This document shows, one piece after another, positions 53,181 to 64,000 of a DNA stretch of 64,000 nt; the first letter of the stretch is position 1; each line of letters starts with the position of its first letter. The stretch comes from Antedon mediterranea (Eukaryota > Animalia > Echinodermata): NCBI RefSeq assembly GCF_964355755.1, contig NC_092671.1, positions 10,230,001 through 10,294,000 of the forward strand. Reading direction: 5' to 3'. The notes beneath the pieces are model-generated. The model saw only the letters and a program-made list of their open reading frames with translations, was not told the origin of the DNA and did no database searches. A program made the position numbers and the translations under genes.

Positions 53181-53365
53181 AAAAAGGGGGTTACCCTGGT
53201 GTACTAGTCCATCGCAGCCTGTCGTGAACGAATTAACCTTGTGGCAGCTTGACACAAAGGGATGCTTTGGGGAGATGCAAGTTACAGTTGTATATCATAT
53301 AATCTACTGAACTTCGTAGCTGCAACACATTATACTGTGAAGCGCTTTGATAAAAAGCACTACAG
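53181..53365 (+). mobile_element. 5'-truncated SINE related to the 34.2 kb element, LINE-like 3' tail
   Basis: AGGGGGTTACCCTGGTGTACTAGTCCATCGCAGCC is shared with 34416-34450; tail TGTGAAGCGCTTTGA...AAAGCACTA. Confidence 0.55.
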
Positions 53366-54772
53366 TATCACTGTATTACAGTTTAATCACCAAATTATAT
53401 TATTTAAACAGATTTCAGAAGGATTTTTATGGCTACTGTACAGCTAGTGGAAATTTTGTCTAGGCTTAGTTGGAAAGTGCTTAAAGGCCTAGAAATTCAA
53501 TAACATTGCTACATAGTGGTAAAAGAGCATACTGTCTTCTCATTTATTAACTGTAATAAGATCACTGGGTGACAACTGAACCAATAAACTTGAAAAGAAA
53601 GTTTAACAAAATTGATTATGTTGTTAAAGTGCAACTTCCTTTTACTGTTGACACAACAAATAAACACTGTGACAAGTTGTAAATGACAAAAACTGGGACA
53701 AGTTGTAAATGACATAAAAAGTGTCACAAGTTTTAACAGTAAAGGAAAAATGTTTATAAATAAACACAAATTCTTTTTAAAAGTTAAATTAAAATAGATA
53801 AATCTTTCTATTCAATCATTACTATTTATGAAGTTACCCTCTTCTAAATTAGGTACAATTTATTTATAAGAAGTTTCGCCAATGTATAGCATCTCATGGT
53901 TAATTCAGCTCAGAGGCGTACTCAACTATTCTCAAACTCCTTTCTGTTTATATACAGGATGTTTGCGAGTGGCCGGAGCATTTACATGTAGTAGCCTTGA
54001 TTTGCCATGGAGTTGAATGAATTAAACATACAGTATGTTGTATATTGTTTAGTGTACCCTTGTTCTTATTCCTGCGATAAAACTTGGTGGGGTTAAATAG
54101 GGATATTCTTAATTCTCTTACACATAATAATTATTCTGTACTGTGCAAGTTTAACCAAAACATTATGATACAGGTTATGCGATGGTAAATAAAATATTCA
54201 TGCAGCATGCATATATTCATATATTATTTAAAAAATACTTTTTTTATTCGGATTACAGAATATGTTTTCTTTAATATAGAGCTTATCGTATAACATCAAA
54301 GCTTTAGATTTTTAAGCTATGTATGTGTATAATTTTAGACTGAAATCTTGTTAGACTATAGCAATTTCCTCACACATAAACACAGCTGACAAGTAGCTAT
54401 CCAAATCTGACCAATAGTTCATAGAATGAACATTTCAACGTGCAGCTTCTCTCATTAGTTATAAAAAGGTCTTACAAACGACGGCAACATGCTTTATCGT
54501 GCTCACTAGGGAAAATATTCATCTTATTGAACGACTTGACTTTCACAGTGAATAAATCACCGATATGTGATTTTACTTCAACTTCAGTAATAACAGAAGC
54601 AAATGTATTACAGTAGCGAGGAAATTGCACTTCCCTTCTGCCTAAATAACTGGCAAACACGGTAAATGGGACCTCCCGCAGACCGGCTAGCTTCGGGAGC
54701 CGATGATACCCAGTTAAAGAAACCTACACACGCCAACAAACCTGATAACAACAAGTTACGAACTTTACTTAC

Positions 54773-54950
54773 CGTCGTACGCCCACGAGTTGTCAGTCCT
54801 ATATTCAACACCTAGGTTCCAAATATATTCACCAGAAAACTAGTGTTGAAGTCCAGAACCGGCTATGGTAACATGAAAGCCGGTATTTTTTAGTGAAACT
54901 GTAGGCTGGATGTACCTCTACAGTGGCTACCTGTATCGCCTGCTTCGGTC
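54773..54950 (-). other. Putative non-coding first exon of Pea3 (5' end approximate)
   Basis: Strong donor ACG|GTAAGT (GT at 54772-54771) in a CpG-retaining region just downstream of the CCAAT cluster; coding exon 1 has an acceptor and needs an upstream exon. Confidence 0.5.
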
Positions 54951-55014
54951 TATTTTGCTAAGCATGTAGCAAGTGTGGTTCCGATATGCTTGTCGTCCAT
55001 TCATGAACGGCGAC

Positions 55015-55290
55015 CTCTGATTGGATGGATCCACTGATAAGCAGATCAATACTATTGGTCAATTTACAAGTTAGCTATCAATCAAAGATTGATAACAAAA
55101 TCTCAACCTAATTTTACCCGCCAATCATACATCCAGTTGTCACTACTGTAATGGTGACGATGACGTCAATGGGGTTAGGATTGAAAATGTATACCCTCCG
55201 AAAACATTGGACCGTGTGGGAGGCTCAACGTTTTGCTAATAATATTATGATATTCAATAAACAAAATACGATGACGTCAATGGGGTAAGA
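55015..55290 (-). promoter_or_regulatory. Putative Pea3 promoter: CCAAT boxes and two perfect CRE palindromes
   Basis: ATTGG at 55020-55024, 55054-55058 and 55206-55210; CCAAT at 55121-55125; TGACGTCA at 55161-55168 and 55272-55279; ATCAAAG (TCF-like) at 55081-55087; CpG retained. Confidence 0.6.
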
Positions 55291-56415
55291 ACATTTAGTA
55301 AATGTAAAATGTGTACTGGGCTGGATAGGAGAGGACATTTTACTATTTGACTAAACGTCATGATGTCTTTACATAGCCCAGAAAAATGAAGAACATCACT
55401 AAATATTTTTCTTATAATTTAGAATGTCCGCTGGGTGGTGGTTTGCAGTTCTTTTGATAGATGCACTACATACACTGTCACTCGAACTTTACCTGTTGAA
55501 ATTTTGACTAAATAAACAATTGAATTGATAATTATAAGGAACCATGTCAAAATGATTCTACTGCAGTGAATATAGGCCTACTGGTAGTAACTAGACCCAC
55601 AGTTTGTTTATCTCTTTATTATTGTATTATTTATAAGCAAGTATTCTGTGAGTAATTCCCGGAGTAACCATGACACACTGTGTATTGCAACGACTGCCGC
55701 ATACGTCTACTAAGTTTTTGCAGTAGCAATGCAGGCCTAGTTACTGCAGTAACTGCAGTAAAATAATTCTGAAATGATGCCTAAACGAAATATATTGCAG
55801 AAACAGCATCGGCGTCTTACCCGGCATTTTCTTTTATGATTAATACATTTTAGGGTCTCCATTTTGCGATTTTTTTGTTGCGATATGGCGATGAGATTTA
55901 CGAATACTGTAGCTACGAACTGTGTGAACTACCGTACTTAACCCAGGATATTTATAACTAAAGTCTGTTAAAGTAATAAAAGATATTACGTAAACGTTCT
56001 TAAAACATTTATTCTCCATATATCTATTTATAAACATAGGCCTAATAAATAAGAATTTTAAAATGGATTTTCAACGCATTTTTAACGGATTCGTCATAAA
56101 AGCGTCATACGTCGTGTTCATTCATATTCTGTTATAATTAAGATATCGGGTGTAATTTCTTTGAATTAACCCACCTCCACGACGATTATCCTACCAAAAC
56201 ACATTCATCACAGGTCGCCTGTTCCCCATCCCCCTCATCGCAGTTATCGGTCTTAGGTGTTGTGATGATGACTGTCGTCACGTCATCAGTTCATGTGAAA
56301 GGCATCATCAGTTTGCGCGAAAATCCAGGCAACCAAAAACTATTGCTGTATGTTATCCTCAGTTCTATTACTTTCCCGTCATCATTAACTTCCGTACTTG
56401 TACGGTAATGTATAA

Positions 56416-56560
56416 AGCTTGGTTCCCACTAGAGACGCAACGCATGGACGTAGCGAGTTGTGACCAATGGCAAGCGACAGTTCGAATTGGTCAAATCACT
56501 TTACGTTGACCAATCTCAAGTGTGATTCGTCAACTCGCTTATTCTAGTTGGAACCAAGCT
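56416..56560. mobile_element. MITE family B copy upstream of the Pea3 promoter
   Basis: AGCTTGGTTCCCACTAGA...TCTAGTTGGAACCAAGCT; flanks TAA/TTA. Confidence 0.8.
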
Positions 56561-56697
56561 TTACGTCCTTATGTTTGTGTTCGGCGTGCTAAACCAAGAT
56601 CTACGTAGGCAGTGATGCCACAAATCGTCGCATCACTACCATGCACACGGTGGCAACATGGAACTAACTCTAACGACATCATCAATGACGTAGATGC

Positions 56698-56816
56698 CAT
56701 CATGGTCGTCGCACCACCACCATGCACGGTGACGTAGAAGTAATCATGGTCGTGGCACCACCACCATGCACGGTGACGTAGTCATCATGGTCGTCGCACC
56801 ACCACCATGCACGGTG
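56698..56816. repeat. Tandem repeat, ~40-bp unit ATCATGGTCGTCGCACCACCACCATGCACGGTGACGTAG, 3 copies
   Basis: Directly visible; a degenerate fourth copy lies at about 56626-56653. Confidence 0.85.
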
Positions 56817-57023
56817 TTCAAACGACGTTAAGTCAACGGACTTTTAATTTAACGAAAATACCAATAATATGGGAGTAAAAAGCCAACTCGATGTTAACAT
56901 CGTCATTTCATCTGGTTGTCTCACGGTGGCAGTACTAACATAATCACCACATCATCCGCTTGAACTTTATATCAACACATCATCCTCAGCACCACCACCA
57001 CCACCACCATGTGGTACACTCTA

Positions 57024-57160
57024 AGCCTCTGTCTACACTATCAAACTATAGTTTGACAAAAAAAGTGTGATGTACCCAAATATGGTAGTGATATCATCGT
57101 GTCCATATATGGGCACATCACATTTTTTGTCACATAAAGTGTGATAGTGTAGACAGAGCT
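57024..57160. mobile_element. MITE family A, full copy in opposite orientation
   Basis: Same TIRs and internal sequence; flanks CTA/TTA. Confidence 0.85.
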
Positions 57161-59470
57161 TTACGTCAAAGTATATAAAAAAAAGAGAGTCAAGAGTGTT
57201 TTACCTTATTATATATTAGATCTAGACATTCTTAGGTTACATACACATCAGTGAGTTAAAACCATTACAAAAAAAATCAATATTATATTTAGCAATACTC
57301 TATAACTTGCTATAGCAAAATAAATAAAAAATAAACTAAATAATATCATATGTCGTGTCATTGAATACCTTATTAAATCCCAACACAGTGCTCTTTCATT
57401 AAATACGTACATTCTCAGCAAGAAAAGGGAAGGCATACAATCATTATAAAACAACATATATTGTATCTGCTTAAAAACAGAAGGTCAAAGGTTAATCAAA
57501 AGAATATCTTGATTGTAAAAAATCGCTTTAAAAAAATTAAAATATATTTTTTTTAATTACCAAAGTTGATCTTTAGCTCATAGAGATATATTTACAAATA
57601 ATCGAATGTGCATTGTTTGTGTTTGAACAAATCAACACTCATAACAAATCATAAATGATAAAAAGGTATGTGTATTTGAAGCGTTTTTTTTTTCTATAAC
57701 GATATGTATTTGTAATGTTGATGAAAATGCTCACATTAGCTTAACAATTTAATAACACCCACCATGCATTTGTATAGTTAAAAGACAAAACAAATAAATA
57801 CATCTTATTCCTTATTTTAAACTAATATTTCGGAATACTGTAAAATCGCGACTTATATTTGTCACTTACCATACTACAAGTTAAAAACCATTATCAACTA
57901 TTTTAAAATGAAAAGGAGAAAACTGATTAAAATGTACAATATTATTAATCTAAAATTACGGTTGAAATGGTCAATGACGAATACGACTACGTTTTAGCGC
58001 GACTCAACAATGTATCACTTTATATTATATTGTGCGCGTGTTACTGTATACCATACAAATACATTATTGTACTATAATACAATACATAGGTATGTATGAA
58101 TCATGAGCGTATATAATAATCGATAACACACACATATATTATATAATATTACACATTATTTCTTTTTGAGTCTAATTTTTATAATGCCAAAAGAACAATC
58201 CCAAAAATTGCACTCTCAGTTATGATGTAAATTTAAAGCTAGAGAGGGCGCCCTGGGCATTACTATATTCATCCGTGTAAAGTTACTAGAGGGCATACAT
58301 TATTAACCCATTATTTTAAACATGAATACTACGAACATCTACATGGACCTATATTAGGTTATAACACCCTATTACAACAACAGGTAAAAATCAATCACTC
58401 GACAATTTATGAATAGCTCCCTCTACAATTACTTTACTAAATGAATTACAATACATTCAAGTTTTAAATAGAAAAATACGAAAATCATCTACCAACAGGA
58501 CATGTGTAATTTTTAGATTAATATTTTGATTGAATACAGCAGGAACATCATTAAAATATATTAAAAACAAAAATATTTATGAGGTGAATTTTTCCCAACC
58601 TAAAAAATATACTGATGAAGTAAAAAAGAAGAATACTTTTAAAAATGTCACTTCTTCGATGATATTCTAACCAAAGACCACACGATCAGTATCTGGAACT
58701 ACCTCAAGACCACGGGAGAAGAAGTCTTTTGGTTAAAAGCGGTCTTAAAGGTCTAAAATAATGACCTTTTTTTTCCAGCAACCTGACGGATTGTTTTTAT
58801 CATTTATGAAATATTTAGCCCCTACCCCTAATCTATAATATTGGATCAGCCCCTGAGGTCACCTAAGGTTGGGCAAAATTCACCGCATATATGATATTCC
58901 TGAAACAAAATTCCACCTATTAATATAAAGATATGTTTACATTGACCAATAATCAATAATATATTATGTTAACGACGTGAATTGTACATGACATTTTGTG
59001 GTTATGTAAAACATGACATCTTGTGACCATATCAATATTATATTTCCTAATAACATCTAATCACAAATCAGACATATATTTTACAAATTTTAATATGTAA
59101 ATGTAAGTGCAAAAATGTGTTTATTTATGAATAAATTAATTCTAATTAATAATCTTGGTTAATTAAATAATTTGGTTATTGTTACATGAAAGGAAAAATC
59201 ACTATTGGAACTGCAAGAGTATTTCTTTCTAACACTATTTAGAAAATCTACAAAAATTAATAATTTAATAATAAAGATAAATGCTTATAACATATTAATT
59301 ATATAAATTAATAATTTCATGTTATGTTGATTTATATATATATTAAATCCTATTTAGAAACACACAGAATACAACTTACATGTTTGCCAAAAATGTAAAT
59401 GTTAAATCTTGTTTATAATTTGAGAAAAATGAATTTGCTGCAAGCAATAACAATTTAATTCACTTATTAA

Positions 59471-59591
59471 AGCTCTGTCTACACTTTCAAACTTTATGTG
59501 ACAAAAAAAGTGATGTGCCCATATATGGATATGATGATGTCATATCACTACTATATTTGGGCATATCACACTTTGATGTGTAGACAGAGCT
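59471..59591. mobile_element. MITE family A, internally deleted copy
   Basis: AGCTCTGTCTACAC...GTGTAGACAGAGCT with TAA on both flanks. Confidence 0.85.
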
Positions 59592-60779
59592 TAAGATACA
59601 TAATCAAATTTAATGTCAACGTTTTATTCACAGACAGTATAATTTTAGATTTGTTCAACAAAAACACTAAAATAACTACTTAATTTATAATCATATATTA
59701 CTCTATAGAAAAACCATACCTCATTTATATAATTTATATAAATCTTTGATTTGGCATTTACCAGTTTTATCTATTGTTTACTGGATCTAGCATTCTTTTT
59801 AAAATTTGTACAACTGTATAGTCACACCCAGTGCGATGTTCACAACGGTATGCAGCAAAATGCATCTAGCCTCTTTTTTTTAAAATATATATATTTAGTA
59901 TTTAGCCTCAATTTAAAATCTACTATTTAAGGTTAAAAATGTACAACTTTTTAACAACACAAAAGTGTAATGTATGTTTAAATATATAGAGGTAAGATAT
60001 GGTTGTAAATACATTTAACAATAAAAACTTTTAAGAAAATAAAAACTGGGTAATCTTTATATTAAAACAGTGATGTGATATTAACTTAAAATTAACTTAG
60101 ATGTATTAGTCCTATGATACATATAAAACAAAGCATATCTCACATTATGTGAGTTATTACATGTTATACTTAAAATTGTGTATAAAACATACAAGCTTGA
60201 AACCCCCCATATACAGTATATATATATAGCGACCAGTTTAATACACTGGTATATATTTATGAATTTACTGTATATCCTTTTAAAAAATTGTAAAATGATA
60301 TGCAAAATATTAAAACTGCCAAATTCATAATCCCACTTATATATAATATTCAAATTTATAAACCCACCTATGTAGTTTATTCCCTTAAAATATGGCAAAA
60401 TAAACAGAAAAAAAAAACACGTTTGTATAACAACTATTTAAAAACATAAAGTTTGTCCATCAGATATCTATACTAGAAAAATATATAAGATTTAGTAAGT
60501 AACCAAAATATAAGAAACATTAGTCTAAAAGAAATAGAAGCTGATAGCTGAAAAAATAAATATTTAAAAAAAAACCATAACCATAACCTATGTAATTTCC
60601 AAAACACCTCTATTTACCTCTTATATTACCTCTATTTATTATATTATTATTTTTTTTAACAACAAAAAAATAAGAATTTGTTTTATTATTAATATTCAGT
60701 TTGATAAGTATTTATATATTATTTAACCATTTGGTAAAAGAGGAAAAAAAAACAACTTTAATACAATCAAATATCTTGC

Positions 60780-60880
60780 GTCATACAGTATTTGTCATAC
60801 AGTATTTGTCATACAGTATTTGTCATACAGTATTTGTCATACAGTATTTGTCATACAGTATTTGTCATACAGTATTTGTC
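60780..60880. repeat. Minisatellite, 14-bp unit GTCATACAGTATTT, 7 copies, in the probable DGK 3' UTR
   Basis: Perfect tandem units. Confidence 0.95.
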
Positions 60881-61724
60881 TTATTTTTCTAAAAAAATGT
60901 TGGTGATTCTAAAGAGATTTTATAATCACAGGAAAATAAGTAACTGTAACTTATTTCTCTATGATATATGACCAAGATACGATTTGACACTGGTAGGCTG
61001 GAGTATGCCGTTGACTCTACAGAGATTCGGTAATTCAAGGGGCTGATCCACACTAGGGAATAAAGCCATGTCCACACGATAACAATAAACAACACTTTTA
61101 AATTCTATTTTCCAAAGATTCTGTGCCTGTATTCACGATTCACACTTTTGCCAAGAATAAAAACTCTTAACATTTAAAAATTCTTTTAAGTAAGAAATGC
61201 TTACATTATTGACTTATAGTGAAATACTTTAACAGAAATATCTCACTTAAGTGTGATTGGTGAATACAGCCACTGATCCTAAATAGTATAGCTGAAGTAA
61301 GTGTTAAAATTCTGTTTTATAATCATCTCATTTGTATAAATAACCAAGATAAAATAAAGAGAAAAAAACATATTGGATACATTATTAAGATATAAAAAAC
61401 TACAGTAAAGAAAAAGCAAGCAAATTTACATACAAAACACGAGTTTCAATGAATCTAGCTAGTTAAAGGTTTAAAATGTTGAGAAAGATAATAGACTGAC
61501 GATAAACACCATACAAATAAACTGACAATAGAAACACGACTTAAGTGTTCTCACCCAATTATACTATTCATCGTGAATGCCTATTGATTAAAATACATAT
61601 ACCTAATTTACATATTTAATTAACTCATTTTCTTCTAGTACAGAATTTGGTCAAATGAAATCAACACCATCATATATTCATTTTTTTTTCTTTTTCATTT
61701 TCCCCACGTTATTCTAGTCGATTT

Positions 61725-61856
61725 TCACAGCATGGCATCTTCGGTAATATCGGCGTTTGAACGGCCAAACGATAGAAATTTACGCAGGCCTTGGAAGCCC
61801 TTTTTGGGAGGTGGTCCAACCAGCATGGGTGAGCTGTTTTTGTGGGTAATAGCAAT
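61725..61856 (-). CDS. DGKB: Terminal coding exon of a type I diacylglycerol kinase (DGK alpha/beta/gamma-like); rest of gene lies beyond the window
   Basis: ttttccag acceptor then IAITHKNSSPMLVGPPPKKGFQGLRKFLSFGRSNADITEDAML*, matching the recalled DGKB C-terminus IKITHKNQAPMLMGPPPK. Too short for the ORF track. Confidence 0.88.
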   Translation of the reverse strand: MAITHKNSSPMLVGPPPKKGFQGLRKFLSFGRSNADITEDAML

Positions 61857-64000
61857 CTGGAAAATAAAACAATTTTGACACGTGTTACTCCTCAACTTCA
61901 GTTAAGATTTTTGTGAAATGTTAACTTCACTCAAATTTCTGTTGGTTAACACATTTCTACAAAAGTTATTATTATTGATTGCTTTTATGTCCATCTAAGT
62001 TAAAATTGGAATAGATCAATCACCTTTTGATGAAAAGCAATATAAACACTAATTATGTGTTACATTGTTTAGAAAAGGAAGCAGTCTTTTAAAACATTTT
62101 AACTTACCTCAGAGAGAAAACAAATAAATTGTGTAAAAACAATGTTTTCTATACTAAATATAACAGCAATGATAAATGTTAATTTCATATACTGTTTATG
62201 TAAAGACATATATATTCAGTGTGTTAATTTGTTAAATTAATCACTTTATCGTGACAAGGAAAAATAACATTTTTGACAAAGTTGTCATAAACAAATACAT
62301 TTCCTCTGTCAATATATCTTAATTTAAAATAGAAAAATATTAACATGAAATGTAATTTCAACAATATATCTTTATAAAAATATATTTATCTTAAAACTCT
62401 GTCTTCTTTACTTTGTTTCTTCATTTGTCAAAGCCTTGTCAAAAGTTTGAATACATTTTGTTCAATATCTTGATAACAAAGTCATTAGACACTATTTTTA
62501 CATTTCTATCCATTTATTCTATTGATTATATTGTATATTAACAACAACAAAATGAGATCTTTGACAACTGAAATTTGAATAAATACAACTGAAAAAATGT
62601 ACGTAAAAATACATTTGAATCAACTAAAAGTTCTTGGTTTGCTATTGAGGTGTCCAGTGTATATATTATTATTTTTCTTTTACTTTAAGATTACTTTCAG
62701 ATATACCGTAGATGTATCATGTTTTTACTTCTTTTTTTTACTTAAAACATTTTTAATTATACTCTTGTATACCTCCGAAACAGAAAATCAGTAAGATAAG
62801 ACTATTGATATTTTTGTTGACACTTTGTCCAAATTTAAGTCTAAAGTTCTTAAATCGATTTAAGTTTGCCATTTTGTATGTTTCATGTTTTGTATTTTTA
62901 TGTGCTTTTAATTCTATATTTTTATCTAAAGAGTTTTAAGGCATCCTGTAATTGGGGATTTTTTGCTGTTGGATGTGGTTGAAATAAAATAAAATAAAAA
63001 AATAAAAAAGTAGTAACATTACCGAAAATGCAATCCAGCCAAAATAAAGAGTAAATATTAATAATTATATTGTATTATTATAATTTTGAGTTCCCATTTC
63101 CATAACCTTTGATGACGTTCTGTACATAACCTTATGTTTAAGTTTATGGAATAAAAATTGATTTGATTAATTAGTTTACTTGTACTTATTTATTAATAAT
63201 TTGTTAAATAAAATTTATCTTTCTTATAGTTATTGTTATCTTTTATTATTAATTACTAATGTAAATTAGGCTATATCATAATATTATTTCTATTATTACG
63301 ATTTTTTATTACAAAAATCATTGTACTATATAATATTACTATGGTCATTATTATGTTTAATTGCTTGATTAAATAAAGAACGAATTAAGAGAAAAAACAA
63401 ATTATTAAAAAATGTAGTAGCATTAGAAGAAAAACTCATGACTAAACAAGATAACAAATAAAACTAATGTACTGCAATGATTATATTATCTCATTAATCT
63501 TGAAGTTTCCGATCAAAAGATAATAAACGATGGTAATAATGTTATTCATATCAAAGAATTTCAACAATGGTAAACGTATGTACAATGTAGAGTAATCTAA
63601 AGGCTATTAACTAAACGTCATTTCACTGCCTGAGATATTCAACTTTATTTATCAATGTCCAACTATTAATTATTTTTTTCTCCACTTTGTTCCATTGCCT
63701 CAATTATATATGGCTTTCTTAAAGTCCATGTTAAAATAAATCTTACTCATTTCTGAACGGCGCTCTATCTGTCACGAGTGAGCCACAGGGTGCGTAGACT
63801 TACGCCGACGACTTTATGTTTTTAAGTCACATGATATTTTAGCCTAGTGCACATTGTACAGCTGTGAAGAGAGTAAGATTGATGCCTTTTGCTATATTTG
63901 ATCAAAAATTGAAATTTTATTTCTTTTGAAATTGTTATTGATGACTTTAAAGATTCTTTGTTTTAAAACTCAGCTTAAACTTTATAATGATGAAAATAAA

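Noticed and set aside
63741-63860. Donor-like GTAAG motifs, candidate penultimate DGK exon
   Set aside because: All minus-strand frames contain stops and the expected PMQIDGEPW motif is absent.

Overview
AT-rich eukaryotic (animal, probably invertebrate deuterostome) genomic DNA; not prokaryotic. The window holds one complete minus-strand PEA3-subfamily ETS gene (ETV1/4/5 pro-orthologue). I rebuilt it by eye as 10 GT-AG coding exons from 53062 to 14134 (1518 nt, 505 aa, all phases consistent), with a CCAAT/CRE-rich promoter near 55 kb and a probable ~3.1 kb 3' UTR. Upstream on the same strand lies the last coding exon of a type I diacylglycerol kinase (61725-61856), the same order and orientation as human DGKB-ETV1 and DGKG-ETV5. 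The rest is intron and intergenic DNA with several MITE families, tRNA-derived SINEs, an RTE LINE relic, a 1.6 kb Helentron/DINE-like element, two minimal hammerhead ribozyme motifs inside direct-repeat-flanked inserts, and tandem repeats. Other notable signals: a CAG|GTAAG recursive-splice-like motif and a start-stop uORF at the ATG exon, dense TACAGTA/TACTGTA motifs resembling Tc1 excision footprints, and a CpG-poor gene body. Most ORFs in the supplied track are spurious. All calls are by-eye; no database search was run.
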